The notes under the pieces: model-generated
What the model was told of the DNA's origin: nothing
Databases searched by the model: none
What the model saw: only the letters and a program-made list of their open reading frames with translations
Assembly (NCBI GenBank): GCA_048939725.1
Contig: JBHLPG010000001.1
Coordinates: forward strand, 31,782-95,781
DNA length: 64,000 nucleotides
Direction: 5' to 3'
Source of the DNA: Promethearchaeota archaeon
GTDB lineage: Archaea > Asgardarchaeota > Heimdallarchaeia > Hodarchaeales > Hodarchaeaceae
Program-made: the position numbers and the translations under genes
In this document: piece by piece, positions 36,466 to 44,329 of the stretch
Layout: the number at the start of each line of letters is the position of its first letter
Numbering within the stretch: position 1 is the stretch's first letter

Positions 36466-37218
36466 ATGGTAATGGAAGATCGAGCAAAATTTGGCATCCC
36501 CTTACTTGATGACGCTTTAGGTGGTGGTGTGCCTCGTGGATCTATCATTTTAGTGGAAGATGAAGTAGGTATCAACACTGAACACATTCTTGTTCAATTT
36601 TTATCAGAGGGTCTGAGAACTGGAGAATATGGATATATTTTATCAACAGAACATCTTTTTTCTCATTATTCTCCCCTTTTTGTCCCATATAATATCTCAG
36701 AAGTCACTTTTGAAACCAAACGATTGGTTTTCTTAGATGCTTTTACAAATCCCTTTGGATATGCTGAAGGAAGGCCTGGTGCAGCAGGAGAAAATGTGAT
36801 CCGAGATATTACCCAACCACGCCTTGTTACGGATCAGATCCGACGTTCATTATTACACGTCCGCTCACAACCAATTCGCGGGGTTCTTGATTCTTTAACC
36901 ACTATATTGTTGGTTTCTGACTCTTTAAAAGCACCAATGGCCTTTTTACAGCATAAAATTGCAACAGACAAAGAAATGGGTGTAGTCAGCATTCTGACTT
37001 TACATCGTGATGTGCATGAAGCCAAAATTATTCAAGCAGTTGAGCATTACTGTGATGGAGTGATTAAGCTAGAAAAACGGACGTCAGATGAGAAAGAAGC
37101 CGCTTCAGAAGAAATATTACAAATTCGAAAAGTCCCAGGGATGTCTTTAGCCGAACTTGAGAATACTGAATTTGTATTTCATCCTACACCAGGTCATATC
37201 GAATTAGCACCAAAATGA
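36466..37218 (+). CDS. KaiC/RadA-like RecA-superfamily domain protein with degenerate Walker A
   Basis: 250 aa. FGIPLLDDALGGGVPRGSIILVEDEVGINTEHILVQF has the KaiC-type context, but the GxxGxGKT P-loop is replaced by EDEVGINT. Confidence 0.55.
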   Translation: MVMEDRAKFGIPLLDDALGGGVPRGSIILVEDEVGINTEHILVQFLSEGLRTGEYGYILSTEHLFSHYSPLFVPYNISEVTFETKRLVFLDAFTNPFGYAEGRPGAAGENVIRDITQPRLVTDQIRRSLLHVRSQPIRGVLDSLTTILLVSDSLKAPMAFLQHKIATDKEMGVVSILTLHRDVHEAKIIQAVEHYCDGVIKLEKRTSDEKEAASEEILQIRKVPGMSLAELENTEFVFHPTPGHIELAPK

Positions 37219-37246
37219 AACATCCATTCTTGAAGAAGGGTTTTCC

Positions 37247-37465
37247 TTGCCAGTTAAGAAAAAGCTTTGTGATGTCGAGGGTTGCTCTGGATTAACTAAA
37301 AGGACCGTTTCAAGGGAGAAATCTGGAGCAGCGCTCAAGCAAGCAGGTCTCACTCTTAATGTTAAAGATAAAGTGACTAAAATTCATCTTTGTGCTGATC
37401 ATTATCGTAAAATCAAAAAACAATTAAAAAAGGATCGTGAGATTGAAAGATTACGTTGGGGTTGA
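37247..37465 (+). CDS. small basic protein with putative C2-CH zinc site
   Basis: 72 aa. CDVEGC...HLCADH plus a Lys/Arg-rich tail. TTG start 28 nt after the KaiC-like gene. Confidence 0.35.
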   Translation: MPVKKKLCDVEGCSGLTKRTVSREKSGAALKQAGLTLNVKDKVTKIHLCADHYRKIKKQLKKDREIERLRWG

Positions 37466-37510
37466 TATCAATCTCTTCTGAAAGAGAAGAGAGTCCCTAG
37501 TTTTTTTGTT

Positions 37511-38431
37511 TTATAGGAATTTTATTTCCATAGCATCTTCAGGACAGACCGCTATACAATCTAAACAGTTAGTACACAGGGGATTTCGTACTTTTTCTGG
37601 CGGATCTGAAAGGATTCTAACTCCCATTGGACAAACATCCTCGCATAAACCACAGTGAGTACATTTCGATATATTTCGTCCAATTCCTACAAGTGAATTT
37701 TTTCCTAGATGCCCCATAATAATTCCTACTGGACAAAACCAACGACACCATCCTCTTGGTATGTAAATAACAAGAATAAAGGCAAAAATAAAAACAAAGA
37801 GCCGTAACCAGAAAATGACGTTAATTGACACAAACTTCTCCCATATGAGGAAATTCTCAAAGCCACCCCACCAAAATAATAAAGGAATGGCTGTAAATAA
37901 GAAAACTGAGGGACTTAAAACAGCCCATGGCTGTTCAACAAAAACATCGAAGGAGGCTTCAATTGTTTCTCTTTCTCCGAGTGCAACGTTTACCCCAATA
38001 AAGGTCGAAAGAAGCAGTGTTGCTCCAGTTATAAATTCTCCTATCTGTCTGAGATTAAGGTTTGTATCTTGAGTTGGTTCGTATTTTCTGACCCAAGAAG
38101 TAATGTACCCTAAAAGGTCTTGGAACATACCAAATGGACACCCCCAAGCACAAAAAAGTCTCCCAAAAAGAGACCCTATCAAGAAGAAGGAAGCTAAGGG
38201 GATTAAAGGCACAAAAGCCATTGTTAGCATGCGTTGCAAGAGAAAAAAAGCGCCTTCCGAAGTTGAAAAGATCGATCGCGGCATATTGATGGGTAATACT
38301 AACCAAGTTGCACCAAAGAGGAAAAAAGCAAGGTTCACTAAGATGAACATGATAAACTGTACAAAAGTACGTAATATTCGAAGTTTCGTTAGATTAGTCT
38401 TCTTCTTCTTGTGCCATGCCATTTGAATCAC
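37511..38431 (-). CDS. NapH/MauN-like membrane polyferredoxin (4Fe-4S binding)
   Basis: 306 aa. TM helices with CAWGCPFG and CRWFCPVG motifs, plus two C-terminal ferredoxin motifs CTHCGLCEDVCP and CTNCLDCIAVCP. Confidence 0.8.
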   Translation of the reverse strand: MIQMAWHKKKKTNLTKLRILRTFVQFIMFILVNLAFFLFGATWLVLPINMPRSIFSTSEGAFFLLQRMLTMAFVPLIPLASFFLIGSLFGRLFCAWGCPFGMFQDLLGYITSWVRKYEPTQDTNLNLRQIGEFITGATLLLSTFIGVNVALGERETIEASFDVFVEQPWAVLSPSVFLFTAIPLLFWWGGFENFLIWEKFVSINVIFWLRLFVFIFAFILVIYIPRGWCRWFCPVGIIMGHLGKNSLVGIGRNISKCTHCGLCEDVCPMGVRILSDPPEKVRNPLCTNCLDCIAVCPEDAMEIKFL

Positions 38432-38578
38432 TTAAGGTACAGGAATTCCAGCTTTTGCACTTTTTGTTATTTCTTTGATTATTTCTTGAACAAGATCGAA
38501 TTGGTTAGTTGAAATGGCAGTGGTTAATAAGATTAAACCGATACTTAGGGCTATTAAAGCTTTGGCATTACTTTTCAT
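38432..38578 (-). CDS. hypothetical small secreted/anchored peptide
   Basis: 48 aa. MKSNAKALIALSIGLILLTTAIS is signal-like. Abuts the start of the NapH-like gene. The longer ORF-track version overlaps the GGR gene. Confidence 0.25.
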   Translation of the reverse strand: MKSNAKALIALSIGLILLTTAISTNQFDLVQEIIKEITKSAKAGIPVP

Positions 38579-38720
38579 TAAGATAATTCCCTTGTTTTTG
38601 TAATTAATAGGAAGTAGAATTAAGTTCTGACGTAAAGCTGTGCACTTATGTTTTCTTCTTAAATCTTCAGCAAAAAATGAGATAAAGTCAAGGAATATTT
38701 CCTTTGAAACAATTTCCCAT

Positions 38721-39944
38721 TTAGAAGCCCCAATCCCTACTTTTACTAAATCCATGAGCAACAATTCGGGCTTCACTAAATTTTTTTAACATGGAGGGAT
38801 TTAACAGAGCTTTTATGAACAACCGAAACTTTTGAAAGGTATTCAATTTTGTGATATCCCATCCATCCACCCAAGAGCCAAAAGTTTCAATATCTTTAGC
38901 TGAAAATTTGTTGTATAAAATTTCATGAGCATGTTGAATGGTTGGATCCATATAAGGAAATGTCTGAAGCTTCTGCTGATAATTACACAATACTTGTTCA
39001 TCAAATTTTCCGATTTCATGAGCTTCGATCGCGGTTTGACCTGTGAGCATACCAGAATGGATTCCTATAGCAATTCCCCCATAGAAAATAGTATTTGTTA
39101 GGCCGCCCGCATCCCCAGCAACCATGTAATTGTCACAACACAACTTTCGGATTGGACCACTAGCAGGAATTATTCCAGCGATTTTCCCAATTATTTCCCT
39201 CTCATCGAAATTTTTGAATCTTAAGTGTTTAATGAATTGATTTAAGATATTCATTGGTTTCGAAGCTGGATTAACAACAACTCCAATGTTAGTATGATTT
39301 TTCTTTGGAAATACCCAGCCATAATGCATGTTTTTAAACTTATGAAAATTAAAATAGAAATCTAACGCATCAGTGAAAATTCCATTAATTTTATATTCTA
39401 CGCCTTGTACATACTCCTTAGGAGGTTGTAATCCCATCATTCGAACACTATGGGCTGGGGGTCCATCACAACCGATTACAACATTTGCCTTGTGAGTTCC
39501 ATTTGTGGTATTAACTTGTAATCCCTCCTTAACTCGATTGATGGAAATAACTTGAGTTCCTAAAATCAATTCAGCTCCCAGATCTTGAGCCTGTTTTGCC
39601 ATAAGTTGATCAAACAGTGGACGATTAATAGTAATAGTCTGAAGTTTAGCTGTAGCCACTCCTAGTGTGCCAAAAAAAAAGCGTTGAGCATTAATCATCC
39701 TTTCAACAAAAGATTCACGCTGTTGAAGCCTTAGCATTTGATTATCAAATTGATTTTCGATCTTTGGCATATTTTCCAGAGAAAAAAACTTATTAGCAGA
39801 AATCCCCTCTCCACATGCTAGTGGGTGACCTATTACCGGATGTTCCTCGACTACAAGTGTTTTTAGCCCTTTCTTGATTGTTGTAGTCGCTGCTGATAAT
39901 CCTGTAGGGCCTCCACCAATAACAAGAACATCATAAACAACCAT
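38721..39944 (-). CDS. geranylgeranyl reductase family flavoprotein (digeranylgeranylglycerophospholipid reductase-like)
   Basis: 407 aa. FAD-binding YDVLVIGGGPTGLSAA and internal GDAGG motif. Confidence 0.85.
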   Translation of the reverse strand: MVVYDVLVIGGGPTGLSAATTTIKKGLKTLVVEEHPVIGHPLACGEGISANKFFSLENMPKIENQFDNQMLRLQQRESFVERMINAQRFFFGTLGVATAKLQTITINRPLFDQLMAKQAQDLGAELILGTQVISINRVKEGLQVNTTNGTHKANVVIGCDGPPAHSVRMMGLQPPKEYVQGVEYKINGIFTDALDFYFNFHKFKNMHYGWVFPKKNHTNIGVVVNPASKPMNILNQFIKHLRFKNFDEREIIGKIAGIIPASGPIRKLCCDNYMVAGDAGGLTNTIFYGGIAIGIHSGMLTGQTAIEAHEIGKFDEQVLCNYQQKLQTFPYMDPTIQHAHEILYNKFSAKDIETFGSWVDGWDITKLNTFQKFRLFIKALLNPSMLKKFSEARIVAHGFSKSRDWGF

Positions 39945-40074
39945 ATTTCTAGGACTCCTCTTTTCTATAAGAAGTTATGATCATCTACAACTTTATTTGT
40001 GTGAGCATAATAATCTATCAAACAAAGATGGAATTATTCCACTTAAATAAAAAATCAATTAATAAAAAGATGAT

Positions 40075-40410
40075 TTGCGAATATTGGGATTAATTTTGCC
40101 ACAGGCACCTATTAAAATTGGAAAATGTTCAATAAAGACCCAAGGAAAGATTCTTGTTCAACTAGAAGATGAAAAACTTCCAAAAATTAAGTCCTCAGTA
40201 AAAATAAAAAGAAAGGGTCATTTTAAGAAAATTGGAGAGGTCATTGAAGTTATTGGGTCTACCCGTAAGCCTTGGATTGTAATTTCGGCCTCCCCAAACT
40301 CGTTTAATCTTGTTCAGCTTGAAGAAAATATTTTTACAGAGGAAAGGTCACAGTGGAGGAAAAAGAAGGATAAAAACAAAGATAGAAGAATGAAGAAAAA
40401 TAGAAGCTGA
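40075..40410 (+). CDS. gar1: H/ACA RNP protein Gar1
   Basis: 111 aa. The pattern LG..L......ILVQLEDEKLPKIKSSV...KKIGEVIEVIGSTRKPWIVI is typical of archaeal Gar1. Lys-rich tail. TTG start. Confidence 0.55.
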   Translation: MRILGLILPQAPIKIGKCSIKTQGKILVQLEDEKLPKIKSSVKIKRKGHFKKIGEVIEVIGSTRKPWIVISASPNSFNLVQLEENIFTEERSQWRKKKDKNKDRRMKKNRS

Positions 40411-40508
40411 TTTTAAAATTATTACTAATTAACCTTTTAATAGTAGATATCAGTTAAAATGGCGAAAATATAGCCCCTGTCGAACTATTATTAAAGGAGA
40501 TTCATTTA

Positions 40509-40889
40509 TTGGCAAGATCACAAAAAAGATCAGTAAGGAAATCCAGTGGTGGTCGTTATCATGTTGCAATTAAAAAGAAAAAACGTGATTTAGCTCGACC
40601 TGCAGCCCAAACAATTCTAGGTGAACCTCGTAAAAAAATTGTACGAACTCGAGGCGGAAATCGCAAAATTAGACTTCAAAGTTGCCTGTATGCAAATATA
40701 TCCTCGCTAAAAAAAAGAACTACAGAAAGAGTCGAAATTGAGGATGTACTAGAGAATTCAGCCAACCGTGATTTTGCTCGGAGAAAGATTATAACAAAAG
40801 GAGCAATTATTCGCACAAAAAAGGGAAATGCGCGTGTGACCAGTCGCCCTGGACAGAATGGAACTGTTGACGCAGTTTTGATAACCTGA
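40509..40889 (+). CDS. rps8e: 30S ribosomal protein eS8
   Basis: 126 aa. SGGRYH....KKKKRDLARP...VRTRGGNRKIRL. TTG start with AGGAG 9 nt upstream. Confidence 0.9.
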   Translation: MARSQKRSVRKSSGGRYHVAIKKKKRDLARPAAQTILGEPRKKIVRTRGGNRKIRLQSCLYANISSLKKRTTERVEIEDVLENSANRDFARRKIITKGAIIRTKKGNARVTSRPGQNGTVDAVLIT

Positions 40890-40974
40890 TAGCCAAGGAA
40901 TAAACTCAGGTTTTTCCTATCAGCTCCAAAACTAATCTGACTCATTTTTAATGTATGTAGGAATCGTTTGAAAT

Positions 40975-41865
40975 ATGGTTCAAAATGACTTAAGAGAGCT
41001 GACTGGAAATGAAATTAAAACGGAGAATGCTGTAAAAAGGGGAATTAGCTGGGTAATAGAATCAGTCAAACGAACTTTTACAGGTCATACGAAATCTACC
41101 TGGATATGGATTGTATTTTTCATTTTTATCTTCATAGTTAGCATCTTTATACTAGTTATTCAATATCAAGATGATACTTGGTTATTTGACAAGGTTGTAC
41201 GCTGGTTTCTCATACCAATCATTGAATTGAAAGCTTGGGGTTGGTTGATATTTCTTATTTTTATGGGTGTACAAGGAGTTTTAGTACCCATTCCATCAGA
41301 ACTAGTACTCTTGACCAGCGGACTTCTCTGGGGGTTAATATTAGGTTCTATACTTGGCATCATTGGCTCAATGATAGCAGGTGTATTAACCTATTATATT
41401 GCCGTTCTCGGTGGACGGCCAATGATGGAACGATTTCTCGGCCAAGAAAATCTCGATGTCCTCGATTTTTACATCGGGAAATATGGTGCAGCAGTTATTC
41501 TCATAGCGAGGGCATTTCCATTTATGGCATTCGATCCGATTTCGTATGCATCGGGATTTTTAAAAATTAATTTTAGAACTTATTTCATAGCTACATTAAT
41601 CGGATCCATAATTAGATGCGTTTTTTATGCTTGGTTAGGATCGTCTTTGTATGAAGGTAACCCTAGAGATTTGTTAAATGATCCTTCTAGGGTTCAAGCA
41701 TTCATAAATGATGGATCCACTCAGTTCAACACAATGCTTATTGTTATAGTCATCGTCTTGGGTTCTGCTTACTTATTCTACCAATTCCTACTAATGCCAT
41801 ACTTGAGAAAGAAGCATATCGAATCAAAAAACATGAACCTCTCTCTAAGTGAAAATGACGACTAA
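40975..41865 (+). CDS. DedA/VTT (TVP38/TMEM64, SNARE-associated) family membrane protein
   Basis: 296 aa, polytopic. VPIPSELVLLTSGLLWG ... GGRP ... fits the VTT domain pattern. Confidence 0.7.
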   Translation: MVQNDLRELTGNEIKTENAVKRGISWVIESVKRTFTGHTKSTWIWIVFFIFIFIVSIFILVIQYQDDTWLFDKVVRWFLIPIIELKAWGWLIFLIFMGVQGVLVPIPSELVLLTSGLLWGLILGSILGIIGSMIAGVLTYYIAVLGGRPMMERFLGQENLDVLDFYIGKYGAAVILIARAFPFMAFDPISYASGFLKINFRTYFIATLIGSIIRCVFYAWLGSSLYEGNPRDLLNDPSRVQAFINDGSTQFNTMLIVIVIVLGSAYLFYQFLLMPYLRKKHIESKNMNLSLSENDD

Positions 41866-42088
41866 ATTTTTGTCAATACTATTATTTAAATTCCTGAATT
41901 AAGGTTGGAATGCCCTTGAAGATTGATGAAACAAATAAATATAACATTAATTACTTAACCATCAAATATTTGATAGGAAAGGTTCATGAATAAGTGATAA
42001 GAAAATACAAGTGTTGATAAGAATATTCTATTCAGGTTGACTTTATTAGTTAAATAAAAGAGAATATATCACCTGCGGAGATCTCGGA

Positions 42089-43786
42089 TTGGAAAAAGAC
42101 GAAATACACGAATCTATTCTAGAAACTTCTCGAAAACGAATTGATATAGATGATCATGAAATAGAAGAATGGTTAACCTTAGCTGATTTTCCTGAGGATA
42201 CACGAGTGAATTTGACCCCTCGTGGTCGCAGGTTCATATTTCAAAAAGATATTGTCTTGAAGAGTCTTGAACCTGTAGTTAGTCGTGCACAATGGTCATG
42301 TTACCGTTCCAATCCAGAAATGTCAATTCCCCTTTCTACAATTCGCATTTTAGTAGAAAATAAACGCGAACTTTTTATGACATCGTTTACTGTGACTACA
42401 ATCGGCACTAAAAAAAATCTCCTCCCAATTAAGCTACCCATAAAAACTCAGAGTAACTCTCTTACCAAACTTTTGGCATTACTCGCATTATCTAAAAATG
42501 TCTTAATTACCGGTACATATCAAACAAAGGATAAAAAGCAGGTAGAAAGTCTTATAGAGACCTTTGATTCTATATTTGACGTTCACCTCTGTCCTGAAGG
42601 TGAAATCACTCAGAATCAAAGAGGATTTTATGTTAAAATCCCCATGCAAATTTGTTCTGCCATAGTTAAGGCATTCACAGGACATTTTCAAGCTCGTAAC
42701 CAAGATATAATTCGATCTGTCATTAAATGCCAAGACGAAAAGGATATTGTCGATTTTGTAATTACATGGCTTGAATTTTCCAGAAACTATAGTGACCAAG
42801 AATATATCTATAAATTTCGGGTCAATGACGAAACCCGAGAATTAATCAAGCTGATTGAAAAAATTGGTGTCAAATATAACGATGGAATGATTAGAGGGAA
42901 GATCAAAGATAGTAGTAGCATTCAGAGTAATATTCCTGTTTATTTGATCCCTAATAATGAAGATAATAGAGTAATTCTGAGCGCACATTCTTCTCGAGGG
43001 GAGCGTCTTCAAGCTAAAATCCAAAACCAAGAGGCGTGGATTGAAGAATTAAAAGTAATAAAAGAAGATCTTGAAAAGAAATTAGAACGAGTAACAGCAA
43101 GTAGTAATGAAAGTTTAACTTGGTCCCGGGCTGTAGACGAACGAGATAAAGAAAATCTCACCGAAAAATTGGAAGAATTCGATCGAATTCTTCAAAAGAC
43201 TCGTCGTGAAACTGCGGAATTAAAACGGATATTAAATGAAAGTGATACGGTTCCTTCTGATGAACCCATAACTATTGATGATTTGACAGCGCCTAACGTG
43301 ATCGATGGTCTTGATCGCTTACGAAAAGAAGTTGATCGTTTAAAAGAGCAATTATCTGAAATTAGTCGTCCCTCACCAAGGAAAGAAATGAGCTATAAAG
43401 TAACACAAGAGATAACAATGAAGTCAGAGCCCTATTCCTTTTTAACAATTGATTCGGATCCATATTTATTAGTAAAAACCTTCCTAGCTCATCCTGATAA
43501 TTGGATTTTATTCATACTGAGTACAAAACAAGCTCTTTCTCATGAACAAATACGTAACATCTTGGGTATACCTATAGAAAGAAGAATGGATCTACACAAA
43601 CGACTTAATGATTTTGTGGATAGGAAAATTCTGAAAGTTGAATTATCACCTGAAGGTGAAGAGCTCTACAGACTAGATAGATTACAGCAATCCGATCTTA
43701 TAGGTAGCTATATTACGACGCTCTTAGGGAATAAAGAACTTGTTCCCTTAGAAATACGACAATTAGTTCGCAATTTTTTACGTTAA
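42089..43786 (+). CDS. hypothetical protein: N-terminal ~300-aa domain, central coiled coil, C-terminal winged helix
   Basis: 565 aa. The heptad-rich segment ERLQAKIQNQEAWIEELKVIKEDLEKKLE...LRKEVDRLKEQL is followed by a wHTH-like C-terminus (LSHEQIRNILGIPIERRMDLHKRLNDFVDRKILKVE). TTG start. Confidence 0.55.
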   Translation: MEKDEIHESILETSRKRIDIDDHEIEEWLTLADFPEDTRVNLTPRGRRFIFQKDIVLKSLEPVVSRAQWSCYRSNPEMSIPLSTIRILVENKRELFMTSFTVTTIGTKKNLLPIKLPIKTQSNSLTKLLALLALSKNVLITGTYQTKDKKQVESLIETFDSIFDVHLCPEGEITQNQRGFYVKIPMQICSAIVKAFTGHFQARNQDIIRSVIKCQDEKDIVDFVITWLEFSRNYSDQEYIYKFRVNDETRELIKLIEKIGVKYNDGMIRGKIKDSSSIQSNIPVYLIPNNEDNRVILSAHSSRGERLQAKIQNQEAWIEELKVIKEDLEKKLERVTASSNESLTWSRAVDERDKENLTEKLEEFDRILQKTRRETAELKRILNESDTVPSDEPITIDDLTAPNVIDGLDRLRKEVDRLKEQLSEISRPSPRKEMSYKVTQEITMKSEPYSFLTIDSDPYLLVKTFLAHPDNWILFILSTKQALSHEQIRNILGIPIERRMDLHKRLNDFVDRKILKVELSPEGEELYRLDRLQQSDLIGSYITTLLGNKELVPLEIRQLVRNFLR

Positions 43787-43804
43787 TTCCCAATTCTTTT
43801 AATT

Positions 43805-44182
43805 TCAAAGTTCATCAATAACTTTCAAAGCTTTCAGCAATTGATCTTTATCCTCTTGACTTTTGTCTGAAAGGACACGTAATGGTGATTTTTCTTGAAT
43901 TTTTCCGATTGCAGGTACTTGGAGTTCTTTTTGAATAGAAATATCTTCTGTAGAAGGTGTAGTAACTGGACTCATGCGTTCTTTGGTTATGGATAAAGGA
44001 GATCCAATCGCTTTAGAAATTCTTTCGAATTCTTCTTTTATTTTAATAATCTCTACTTGAAGGCTATCGATCTTCTTATTTTGCTCTTGGATTTGATTTC
44101 TAAGCAGCTTAGCAACCTTGGTCAGAGTTTGAATCTTTTTTGCATTTGTTTCAATAGATAATTCTGTTGACATTTGAACCAC
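43805..44182 (-). CDS. hypothetical coiled-coil protein
   Basis: 125 aa. N-terminal heptad-rich helix (LLRNQIQEQNKKIDSLQVEIIKIKEEFERISK), then a P/S/T linker and a short C-terminal helix. Confidence 0.4.
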   Translation of the reverse strand: MVQMSTELSIETNAKKIQTLTKVAKLLRNQIQEQNKKIDSLQVEIIKIKEEFERISKAIGSPLSITKERMSPVTTPSTEDISIQKELQVPAIGKIQEKSPLRVLSDKSQEDKDQLLKALKVIDEL

Positions 44183-44329
44183 ATACCATAGAAAATTTTA
44201 TAGCACTGAATTATGATAATAATTTGCGTCAATGTTATAAGGATTTAACCAAATACTCTTTTTAATTTATCCACCAATAATCCAAAATAAGTCTTTTAAG
44301 AGCTCGTAACACGGTTTACGTGATAAGAT

